From: Octopus vulgaris | Lineage: Eukaryota | Length of the DNA: 64,000 nucleotides | NCBI GenBank assembly: GCA_951406725.2 | Contig: OX597838.1 | Location: forward strand, 1,054,001-1,118,000 | Direction: 5' to 3' | In this document: in pieces, positions 26,865-39,352 of the stretch | Layout: each line of letters starts with the position of its first letter | Numbering within the stretch: position 1 is the first letter of the stretch | Program-made: the position numbers and the translations under genes | Notes under the pieces: generated by a model | The model's database searches: none | What the model was told of the DNA's origin: nothing | The model's input: the letters and a program-made list of their open reading frames with translations, nothing else

Positions 26865-26908
26865 GTCTCTGATGATTATCCATAATATCACAGAAACACC
26901 TGTAAGAC
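26865..26908 (+). ncRNA. Degenerate minimal type-I hammerhead ribozyme-like motif
   Basis: gtct-CTGATGA-(17 nt)-GAAAC-acct-GTA-agac; stem I gtct/agac pairs, stem II poor. Confidence 0.45.
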
Positions 26909-27002
26909 TATTTCATTATAAATGTTCTGAAAAACCATGGACTTGGATTTGTTATCTCATTCTGTCTAATGTGTGTGTGTGTGTGTATATATATATACAT
27001 AC

Positions 27003-27178
27003 AGAGAGAGATCATAAAAATAAAGTAGATTTTTGAAATAGCTATCCCAATTCCATAAGGAAAGAAAAGGTGATCTAATGGGGTAACCTCCACCGACCCC
27101 ATTAAATCACCTTTTCTTTCCTTATGGAATTGGGATAGCTATTTCAAAAATCTACTTTATTTTTATGATCTCTCTCTC
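27003..27178. repeat. Near-perfect inverted repeat (~82-bp arms, 11-nt loop)
   Basis: 27003-27084 is the reverse complement of 27096-27178 with about one mismatch. Confidence 0.92.
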
Positions 27179-27211
27179 TCTCTCTCTGTATGTATATATA
27201 TATATATATAG

Positions 27212-27372
27212 CGCAGGAGTGGCTGTGTGGTAAGTAGCTTGCTAACCAACCACATGGTTCCGGGTTCAGTCCCACTGCGTGGCAGCTTGGGCAAGTGTCT
27301 TCTGCTATAGCCCCGGGCCGACCAAAGCCTTGTGAGTGGATTTGGTAGACAGAAACTGAAAGAAGCCTGTCG

Positions 27373-27373
<1 letters not shown>
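27212..27373 (+). mobile_element. SINE family A head, CpG-intact and probably young
   Basis: A-box-like tggctgtgtggt and B-box-like ggttcagtccc; CpGs retained; flanked by (TA)n. Confidence 0.85.
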
Positions 27374-27405
<32 letters not shown>

Positions 27406-27919
27406 CCAGGCCCAATTCCAGGCCCTTTTCTTTTCACCCACGAGACAGGAATAGTTCAAATAATTCCTAATTTGGATTTTTCTCTCCTCCCAGACAAGAC
27501 AGAAAACCTCAGTTTCCATGGAGATTTCATTTTTGGCTTAGTTAATAATGCTGTGGGTACTTGTGGGTGCCTTTCTGTGTGCCATCTCAGGGAACCCTGA
27601 TGGTCAGTGGTGTGTTGCTTCTTTCTCATCTCCTTCAAAGATGATGTTTTGGTTTGGGCAGCATTGAGGATTCTGTCAAAATACAAACATTTTAGTTTCC
27701 TGTCAATGGTGATGGTGCTGGTGGTGCTGATGGTGATGGTGCTGGTGCTGGTGATGGTGATGGTGGTGGTGGTGATGGTGGTAGTAATAGAGTTGGGTGT
27801 GGGGTTTGCTGCTTCGATAATTCTGAAGGAGAAGCTGACAATTAATTTAACATATATATATATAAGACAATGCCCCAGTATGGCCACAATCCAATAACTG
27901 AAGCATGAAAAAGATAGAA

Positions 27920-27958
<39 letters not shown>

Positions 27959-28362
27959 ATACACATACACGTGCATGTATGTTAACTAACCATTTGTCAT
28001 ACCTCTGTCGTTAAAGAATAGAGTTTCTCACTAATTAGGCTTCATTACTTTCCTGAACAGGTGTGTAGTTTACATGCAAACAGACACACAGACACATGCA
28101 CATACATACATACATACATACATACACACACATCTACATGCATGCACACACACATATATACATATATATATATATACACATATACATATATTTGCATACA
28201 CATACATATACATATATACATACATACATATATATATGCATATATACATACAAACATACATACATGTATATATTTATATTTGTATGTATACATACAAATG
28301 TACATACATATATATATATATATATTTGTATATATACATATGTATATATACATACATATATG

Positions 28363-28398
<36 letters not shown>

Positions 28399-28917
28399 TG
28401 AGTGTATAGCATGCACATGTGTTTGTGGCTTGATATAATATAGAACAGTACCTACACACACACACACATTTGCATAAAACTCAAGTCTGCCTGGACACGA
28501 TGTCTACACATATTTCTGATGTCTCTGTCCAGTTTATTGTTTAATGAGATGATTGAAGAGGATTTGGAACTGTTTCGTTTTTCTTGTGTTTGAGGTGTTT
28601 GTGTGTTATTTATCAAATGTGATGTGTGTTTTATTGCTTGTTGTTTGTGTAGAATATGTCTTACCATAAATGGTCATATTTCAAAGAGTACAGGAAGTTG
28701 AAAGACAAGACTCTTGCTGCTGAAGTAGTCTTTCATTTTGTTTCTCTCATGTATTCAATAATGGTTATTATTACCACCATTATTGCTCTCTGTCTGTCTG
28801 TCTTCTCTCTCTCTCTCTCGCTCCCCCCACACACACACTGGTAACAATATTATAAATAATATATTCAATATGCCAACTATAATACACACACACATATATA
28901 TACACACATAAGTACAA

Positions 28918-29285
28918 GTATGGCTGTGTGATAAGAAGCTTGTTTCCCAACCACATGGTTCCGGGTTCAGTCCCACTGCATGGCACCTTGGGCAAATGTC
29001 TTTCACTATAGCCTCAGACTGACCAAAGCCTTGTGAGTGGATTTGGTAGAAGGAAACTGAAAGAAACCTGTCGTGTATGTGTGTGTGGGTGTGTGTACCA
29101 CCACTGCTTTTCAATGGGTGTTGGTGTGTTTACATCCTCATAACTTAGCAGTTCAGCAAGAGAGACTGATAGAATAAGTACCAGGCTATAAAAAATAAAC
29201 ACTACATCAATTCATTTGACTAAAATTTCCTCAAGGCAGTGCTCCAGTATGGCCTCAGTCTAATGAGTGAAACAAGTAAAAGAGA
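28918..29285 (+). mobile_element. SINE family A, full length
   Basis: Head, (TG)n, then tail ending gaaacaagtaaaagag. Confidence 0.8.
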
Positions 29286-30069
29286 AAAGACACCAGAGGG
29301 TGCTGGTGTAGCTGTGTTTGTAGCTAAGAACTTTGCTTGAGAATCATGTGGTTCCAGTTTCAATCCCAATGTGCAGTCAGTGTGTTGAGGACTGATGAGT
29401 TTGAGCCTCAAAGGAAAGATAAACGTTTGAATAAAGCCCGAACAGGGGACTGGATCAGTGGTCCCTTGAACACAAGACCAATGAGTGACCAAGAAACAGA
29501 AGCCTTGTGGGAGGTGGGCGGAGTAGAGGTAAGAGTAACACATGAGTTGAGAGAAAGAGAGGAAGAAGGTAAGAGAGAGAGAGAGAGATGTCAATGAATT
29601 CCTCTGCAACTGATTTCATGTATTGTTGGACCATTTTTCTGTCAACGTTTTTAATACATTTTGTGTGTCTTTTTCTTTATAGGATTCCAGCAGCATTTCT
29701 CTTGCAATGATTGGCTCAAAGGTGCTGAAGGATGAGATCTGAAGAGTTCCCTAAATCCCATCAAGTCCACAATTTCCCTATTTACCAGTGATATTTACCT
29801 GGATGATGCTTCTTTTGAAGTCAAAGAGAAAAGTCTACATCTGCCCTTAACCACCCCTTATAATCCATTGCACAAGTGTCAAGAGGGGAGGAGGGGAAGT
29901 CCATAACTGGTGCAATATAGTAGGGTGTTAGAGGTACCCCACTATATTTTACTATAACATTTAATATACTGTGGAATGCAGTTTCAGATTTAACTTAAAT
30001 CAACTTAGTTGTGATTAATATCAAAGAAAGTTTTAGATGTTTGTATTAGGCATTTCCCATTTTTATCCG

Positions 30070-30262
30070 TGACCGTTGCCAGTACCACCTGACTGGCTCT
30101 TGTGCCGGTGGCACATAAAAGCACCCACTACACTCTCGGAGTGGTTGGCATTAGGAAGGGCATCCTTCTGGTGCAGCATCTGGTTCGCCAGTCCTCACAC
30201 AAATCATCCAACCCATGCCAGCATGGAAAGCGGACGTTAAACAATGATGATGATGATGATGA
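30070..30262 (+). mobile_element. SINE family C ending in a (GAT)n tail
   Basis: gttggcattaggaagggcatcc...acccatgccagcatggaaagcggacgttaaac(gat)n; other copies at 11245-11428, 13117-13268 (minus), 14060-14218. Confidence 0.75.
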
Positions 30263-30664
30263 CTCTCTTATATCAGCCATATTTTGTGCAGCTTGTCTTC
30301 CCCCAAAAGTGTGAAGTACAGACAAACATGTGGGGTATGGGGCGGAGGTAAACATCTGTGAATACTTCACACTATTAACATAATTCTCCTGACACTAAAC
30401 TGTTTTTTATTTCTCTGTGTACTTGAATACACTGTCTGAATATAATTATTCAGTTAATTGTTTATACATCGTTCTGTTATTCTGATGATGTACAAAATAT
30501 ATGGAAGCAGATTGTTAACTGATAAAGAACAAACATTACTTTTATGAGCAATATTTTGAGTCACTTCCTTGTGAGGATAATTGGGAAAAGGCAACATGGA
30601 AAATGTTCGCAATCTTCCGTTCCTTTCCTGGAAAATGGGAGAGCAATGATTAAACTATGTATAC

Positions 30665-31075
30665 TCTTTACTCTCTCTTTTACTCTTTTACTCGTTTCAG
30701 TCATTTGACTGCGGCCATGCTGGAGCACCACCTTTAGTCGAAAGCAAACCAACCCCAGGACTTATTCTTTGGAAGCCTAACACTTATTCTATCAGTCTCT
30801 TTTGCCGAACCACTAAGTTACGGGGACGTAAACATACCACCATCGATTGTCAAGCGATGTTGGGGGACAAACACAGACACACAAACATATACACATACAT
30901 ATATATATACATATATACAACGGGCTTCTTTTAGTTTCCGTCTACCAAATCCACTCACAAGGCTTTGGTCGGCCCGAGGCCATAGAAGACACTTGCCCAA
31001 AGTACCACACAGTGGGAATGAACCTGGAACCATGTGGCTGGTAAGCAAGTTACTTACCACACAGCCACTCCTGCT
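30665..31075 (-). mobile_element. SINE family A, full length
   Basis: Reverse-complement copy with (TACTCTT)-type tail. Confidence 0.8.
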
Positions 31076-34000
31076 CCTGTATATGGAGAAATTTTTTTTT
31101 TTTTTTTCAATTTTTATGGAATTCATAATTTTATTATTGAATTTTTGTTTAAATCAAACACCTAAAATTTTTTATTTTCAAACTATATTGGACACATACA
31201 GATGATGTCTGTTATATTGAACATAGGTTCAATAAAACAAATGCTACTTGTTACATTCTATTGGACACATACAAACGAATCAATCATTTTAACGAATTGC
31301 TTTCAAATTTCTTTACAAATTTCACACAGTTCCCCAAATTTATAAGAATTATTTTAAATTTCATTCTCTACTTTCATATTTGTTTTAATTCTTAACTTCA
31401 CTCCCTACATGTCTAAATTCATTCTACCACATGGTTACCTCACAACCCTGTCCACCTCCAAGTCAATCCTTTATTAAGTTGACAACATGTTCAATTTATG
31501 AGCGTGTTTACCACATGTTCCATTCCTTGACCACATGGTTAATCCATAATGATGTTTTTTTAGTAGAAAACCACTTCATTTAGTGCCACAACCATTCTAA
31601 CCATATCTTTTAAAACACAACCAAGGTACATTGAAGGCTGTTGTGTTGTTTTGGTGGAATGGTGGTGGTGGTGGTGGTGGTGGGTGATGGTGGTTCTCTG
31701 ATGGTAATGGTGATGCTAATGAATGATCAGAGAGTAGTGGTAGTGATGATGATGATGATAATGATGATGATTGTAAAAGTGAATTATCTGATGCTGAAAT
31801 AAGAAGAGGACAACTACCAAGTTGGGCAGGGAAGGTTTAGTGCATTGTTGTGTGATGCACAAACCTGCAGTTTAAAGGACGATGAGTGGATTTGATCAGG
31901 TTTCCCACTGTGATTCATAATGATGATGATGATGATGGCATTCGTGATATATAAATTTGTTGACTGTACACTGATAGATAATCACACTTTCGGAGATAAC
32001 AGAGGTCAGTTTCTGTTGACTATATGCTGAGAGAGGCCAATTATGTTGACCCAAAATTTACATAAGGGCCAATTCTGTTGACTGTATACCTATATAATGG
32101 CCTATTATGTTCACTATACTCAGAGAGAAAGGGACATCTTATTTTGACTATAAGCAGAAGCCATCTTGTAAATCAGACAGGTAAATGGGCTCTGAACAGT
32201 TGAGAATTCAGGTAAACTTTTCCCTGCTTTTCCCAAACATAATCTGTGAATCCTGAGGTACTCAAAAACCTTCACAGGTACTCTACGAGAACCACCCATA
32301 CGTACTTTACACATTGCACTATAGAGCTTTGCTACACTCTGGTACCACACACACTGTTGTCTATACTACATCCTGAACTGTACACAATATGCTGTGGTCT
32401 GGAGTACTAAGCTGCTGCTCCATCAGTTATGATGATAAGGATTCCAGTTGATCCGATGGAACAGCCCGCTCATGAAATTAACGTGCAAGTGGCTGAGTAT
32501 TCCACAGACATCTGTCCCCTTAATGTAGTTCTCAGGGAGACTCAGCATGACACAGAATATGATAAAGCTGGCCCCTTGTGAATTACAGGTACAATTCATT
32601 TTTGCCAGGTGAGTGTCTTGCTCAACATCACAACATACTGCCAGGAATCGAACTCATGACCCTCTGATCATAAGCCAAGTACCCTCACCACTAAGCCACA
32701 TGCCCCCACCACAGTGCACTGAAATACATTGTGCTGTATCTTCTGTCTTCTGTATATCCTGGGACTGTGAAAACCCCGACAGTTGGTACCCGTGTACCAT
32801 TTCCACTTAGGCATCACCCCTTCTTCCACCAACCTCTCTGCTCTTTGGAATATCAATTGATTCTTCAGTTCCACACATGCTTTCCTCCATATTTCTACAA
32901 GACATGAGGACAAATCTTATATTCTTTCTGTTGCAATGTTGGCACCATGTATTCTTCATGCCCACAGATGCTTACCATAACCAGGTACCATACCTACAGT
33001 GTACCACAACCTGGTACCACACATCTCGTAATGTGTCTTCATTTACATGATGCTGCTAAATATTTCAATTTTGGACACTACATCTTGGCACTATATGCTT
33101 CATGGGATTCACTACATATTCTATAAATGGGTCATATTCTTCTTCTTATTATTATTATTATATCATCATCATAAGCACCATTTAAAGATCCCTAGCAGAG
33201 CTTATCATTAGACATGTAACATTGAATACTTCAACATCATCTTAGAGCTACACCTGTCATCTTGTAATGTTTTTCAAACATGGACAGAGGTCAGTTACAG
33301 ATTAATCTACCCCATATTGACACTGCAGAGGTCATTTATAGACTAATCTATATCATAAATGTCCTCAGCAGAGCTCGGCACCCATGTCACAAGCTGTGTG
33401 ACAATTTTCTGCTATGCACATCTTTATAGCACTTCAAGCTTTCCATAGCTTAAAGTGAATTATTGTGTTATTCAGCAAATTATGTTACAGCTGCTCTTCC
33501 ATTGTTTTACTATTCTTCACGTTCTGTTCTTCCTCCTCTTCACAATCGCAGACCAAACCAGACATTCTTTCTCATTTCAATACTTTCCTGGTCATTAGTT
33601 GTTGTTGTTGTTGTTTTTGCTGTTGTTACTATTAACAACAACAACAACAAAGTTTGGATGTGTTTCTGAACCAATGGGTTCTTACCCTTATTTCTGCTAC
33701 AATGATGTCAATGGTGATGATGATGACTAATAACTGGACAATGACAATGGAGGAGGAGGAGGCGGCGGCGGTGGTGGCGGTGGTGGCGCAATGGTGGCGA
33801 TGGTGGTGGGGTGGGTGTTGGTGGTTTCAAAGACCAGACTGTTGCAATAATGTTAAATATGACAACAGAAAAACCATAAAAATATGAATAATAACAATAA
33901 CTGAATTATGGTGGTGGTGGTGGTGGATACGATGACAATGGTGATGATGATGTTGATGATTCATTATGTCTTGCACATTAAATGACAGTAATAGAACTGG

Positions 34001-34654
34001 TTGAAACAGGATTGGTTTGTGCGTGTGTGTGTGTGTGCTTCATCATGCACACAAAACTACAAGGTTGCGAAACACTCACCAGTTATGCTATACTCCTGCT
34101 GCTTACAAGGAGGGGTTGTACCTATTTAAGCCTGAATGGTACCTTATTTACAGCCAGACACACTGAGCTATTTCATTGTTAAGTGTCCTAATCAGACATG
34201 CACTGTGCAGTTTTGGAGATAGGATTTGAACACAGAACCGCTAGATTCAGTCTGATATTGATATGACACAACAGGAATTTTGGTAGAAGGAATATTCTAG
34301 ACATAGAATCAATTGAATCAACTCTGATAGTATTGGGAATGGCTTATTAACCCTGTTGTTGTTGGTAGTGGGGTGGGGGGTGACAGGTGGAATACAATAT
34401 CAGCTCTGACTGGATTTGAACTCAGAACAATTTTTTTTAATCTGCTGGCTGTATACACCCCTTCTCCCTACACCCACTTGTCTTTCTGCTCCTGTGACCT
34501 GCCTCCCCCATTAGTGCTACCTATGGTGTGGGGGGTGTCCCCTCACCATCACTGGCAGACACAATAGTATGGTCATTATTCCAGCCCTGCCCTTTATCTC
34601 ACTATTTATAAAAAAGGAAACAGATGTGGAAAGTATAAAGGGGCCAGTGGACCT

Positions 34655-35095
34655 GTCTGTCACATGTGCCACAGCATGTTTGATACATGTGCCACAGCAT
34701 GTTTGATACATGTGTCACAGTTGATTTGATACATGTTCACAGTTTGCCAGTTGTTTCACAGACTGTCCCCCACATGTTACAGTCTCCTACATGTGCTGCA
34801 GTCTGTACTCCACATGTATCACAATCTGTCTCATCCTGTGTCACATTCTGTCTCCCTTGTGTCACAATCTATCTCCCACGTGTATCACAATTCTACATTT
34901 CCTGTGTTACAGTCTTCCTTCCTACATGTTCCTACAGTCAGCCCTTCTCACGTGTCAGTCTGTCTCCCAAATATATTAGTCACCCCCACTTCATGTGTCT
35001 CAGTGTATCTCTTCCTGTGTTACAGTTTCCACATGAATCATAGTCTCTGTCCCTCTCCCCTGTGTCACACTCATTGCTCACATGTGTCCCACTTT
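34655..35095. repeat. Degenerate ~20-bp tandem array
   Basis: Recurring cacatgtgtcacagtctgtc-like units. Confidence 0.65.
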
Positions 35096-37868
35096 GTCTA
35101 CCACACGACAGAGATATTGCTACATGAAACTGTTGCAATATCTACTAGATATCTAAGTCACTGTTAGATTTGCTAGAAATAACAGCCAAATCGCCCTTAT
35201 GCTGCACATCGCCATTTTGAAACAAGGGAAGGAAATGTTGTGTATACTATCTGAATAGGCGGGTTGGTCATAGCTGGAATGGTTTTGATCAAAGTTTGGC
35301 CTGATTAGGACTGACCTGGGGTTAAAAAACTGAAAAGACAAAGGAAGAACTGTTGAGACTAGGAACGACATCACCACCACCGTCACTACTACTATCTTTA
35401 CCTCCCTTACTACCATTACTATCATCTACACTACCCCCAGCTTCTCCTTTCACCTCTACTACTATTTCTATGACTATCATCCTGACTACCACCACCACCA
35501 CCACCACCATCACTAAGAATGGAACAACCTGCAGTATGGTTTGGACTGTTCCATATTCACAGAAGGGGGATTCCTCATTCTGTTCCCATTCCACTTTGGT
35601 GTCCCTGCTTCAGCCAAATCCAACTTAGAACCAATGAAGTCATTTTCCCTTCACTCTTTGAGGACTCCAGGCTCTTTGGTTCTGTCTTCATATCTGGCAT
35701 TGGTGCAATATTTATCAGTCTCTCCTTCTACAGTTGGATGAAGGAATATTCATTGGATTTATCAACAGAAATGGTACATATTATGAAACTCTTTCATATT
35801 TGTTGATATTTATAAAATGGATGTCTTTTATTGAATATCTGTTTTTGGTTTACACCTTCACTTGTAATAATTCTAGGTGGAGCAATGCCAGCCACTGTCC
35901 AGAGGTTTTGTATCTTGACCTTACTGGACACTCCTGCAACTGAGTATCATAGAGATGAAGTTGTTATTCTGAGTAATTGAGGATTTGTAATGCTTAGCAG
36001 AAATGGTTAATTTTGGTAGAATATCCACCATGTGCTTGCTTTTGTCCTCTAGATTATTCATGTCTTTCCTTAATGTTAGACTCTGTTCTCATAACATGCC
36101 AAGATATTTCGGATTCCAGTAGTGTTCCATGTTTGTTCCAGACCATAAGGAATTTAACTTTATAACCTGCTTCCTTGTTTCTCAAATGGAATATAAGAAT
36201 TTCTGTAATAATGATGTACTCAGACCCAGCACTGCAGATTTTCCCTGCAAAATAGGATCACTGTGGCCTGTTTGAGAAATGAACCCCTCAAGGTGGAGTG
36301 GCTGCTGCAATGAACCTCATTGACCATTCCCTGTGGTAACCCCATCATAGTCATGTCTGCAGGGTGCAGCTAAACACACAGTTTGTTCTGGACTCTACAT
36401 CCCTTTATTCCCTCCCTGCCATCTGCTGCAGCTGCTTAACTCCCCTACCTTTTTTTTTTTTTTTTTTTACTTTATTTCCTTGGAATTGAATTGGGATTCA
36501 ATCTTTGTGTAAATAAATTAAAAATTAAATGAATACCTTTATTGCAAGAACTCAGATTCATTAAAGCAGCACTTGAGTTCTTTAATCATTTGGTATTATC
36601 CACTCTTAGCTTATGAATTTTATATAAATGTTAAGTAACAGTGGAGCCAATTACGCAACCTTGGGGCAGGCAGTTTCCTGGTTTTAATTCAGCAGCTCTT
36701 CTTGTTATCCAATATCACCTATTTTGTATAAAATCCTCATATGAGCAGTGTGACATCTGCTTCATTTGTTAAATATCTTTATTCTGTCAAAAAGCAGTGG
36801 TTAACTGAATAGCAAACCAGAGGCAGATAGACACAAGGGTGTTAATCTCCTTGCCCTTTATTTGAACCCAGCCTCTTTCTATTACTTGAGATGGAGCAAT
36901 TGGTTCATAGCAGATATTCCAGGATGGAATCAGGTTCAATGACAGAGCAAGATGTCACTATGAAAACATCTTTGGATCAATGATCAAATTCATTTCCAGT
37001 TGAAGACAATGGATCCGAGACTGGTAAAACAGATGACTACAACTGACCATTCCTGTAAAATAATCTTTGGAAATGCATCAGTGACTTCCCTGTGGTCATC
37101 CTGATTCATTCAGTCCATGTCAAATCAAGAATTGGATGTCTTTTAAACAAAATTGTCCAAGCACTATTATCATTATCTGATGGTCAGATGGGGTGAGCTG
37201 GCAGAATTGTTAGCAGAATTTCGTCCATCTTTACGTCCTGAGTTCAAATTCTACCACAGTTGACTTTGCTTTTCATCCTTTGAAGGAGTCAATAAATTAA
37301 GTACCAGTGAAACACTGGGGTGTATGCAATCAACTGGTCCCTTCCCCCACCAAAGTTCAGGCCTTGTGCCTTTAATGGAAAGGATTATCTAATGGTCATA
37401 CCATTCGACAAAGAATCTTCACACCTCTACTTTTTATTTTATTTATTGTATATCATCAAACTGTCTATACACATATAACAGCAATCTACATCACACACAT
37501 ATATATATACAGCTGACATCTGTACCATACCTTCTATTCATTTGTAATAAATATCTTCATCACACACTACCGTACATATATAACAGACATCTCTATCACT
37601 CATACCTCCTTCTCTCTCTCTATATATATATATGTGTGTGTGTGTGTATATATACATTTATATATATATATATATACATCAGTTGTCCATGCAACAACTC
37701 ACATGCTCTTCTCCAGACTATCTCCTCCTTCCTCCTTTTCCCTCACCCTTGAAACGTCCCTCCCCATTTCCCCACCTCAAACCTTCACTCAGCATCAATC
37801 TAAGATATTCACTTCCAATTAACTTTTGTTGCTTTTCCTGTTTCTTTTTCTAAATTTTTGATTTGCTT

Positions 37869-38394
<526 letters not shown>

Positions 38395-39352
38395 AAACTC
38401 AGATACACACAGTTCATTTAACTTATACACAACATTTTTCAATCACAAAATAAATGAACAATTCTTCCTCAACTGGTCGTTCATGGTCACCTTTTGGCCA
38501 CGTCCACCTTGGTCATCCAACATTTCTCTAAACATTTTAATCCATTCCTTGCTCAGTATTATGATTTACCAACCAAACTTTTGGTCACTTCAACTACAGA
38601 CTGACCAGAATGACCACTCTAGATACCAAACACTAAGTGACCAGTCACACACATCACTGACTGACCAATATCAGTATCAAGCATTGACTGACCAATATAT
38701 TATACATAATTCACTGGCCAGTAAGCATCAAATGTTCATTGGCCAAGGAACATCAAACTGACCAATACCATCAGACATCAAACTGACCAGTATTTATTCT
38801 GCCATTCCAGCCAATTTTCTATGTCACTTGCAATAAAAGTTATACTCAATCAGTTCTGTTGTTGTCGTTATTGTTTCCACCTCTTCCTCCTTCTCCCCAC
38901 CCCCATCCTCCTCCACCTCCTCAGGAGCATCATCCTCCTCCTCCTCATCATCATCAATGTGACATTGACCACAATGTCCACATGGGTCAAACAGGTTAAC
39001 TATTTTGGCAGAGACACCCAGGAAGTGTTTACTGTACAGTGGAGATGCCAGTGAGGGCAGTTGTAGTGGAAATGTTGCAGTTGAGGATGTAGTCAAGGGT
39101 GGTTGTTGTGTCGCTGGCAACACATCAAATGTTCTCCCTCCATTGAGAACAGATGAAATGTGTTTAATGAGGCATGGCCAGTGCAACGGAGGGTGGACAG
39201 TGGTCAGTTATGATATGTTAATGAAGTAAAACAACAGGATCTGTGGAAACTAGTGATGGTCAGGTGTTAACTCTGGTCAATAAATGTTTTTCATCAAGCA
39301 TAGTTTAGTTTTTAATGTTGATTTCAAATTTACAATTAGTTTTATTTGACAT

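Larger units (their letters stand above)
1546..34652 (-). pseudogene. Decayed type-I ferlin (dysferlin/myoferlin-like) gene remnant, interleaved antisense with GOSR1
   Basis: Collinear motif matches, e.g. LLLDLVKEVCTCCS (FerA, ~15.5k), DILF...GICGR (FerB, ~15.0k), VWVG*..KHF..DFTGFTE (13.6k), LPPEN*KW (13.45k), KVWKVEENLFWH**NWTQER (DysF, 12.8k), AVSF...VLV...SPSW (C2D, 12.4k), SQGKL (3.4k), GCWPLV (2.66k), IEIEKERALPERPASQ (2.2k). Many segments are bounded by AG/GT; in-frame stops and frameshifts present. Confidence 0.62.

Noticed and set aside
27212-27285. tRNA gene
   Set aside because: A/B-box-like motifs belong to a multi-copy SINE head; no convincing cloverleaf
27705-27822. Minus-strand poly-His/Gln reading frame
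   Set aside because: Arises from a (GGT/GAT)n trinucleotide repeat and stops immediately after it
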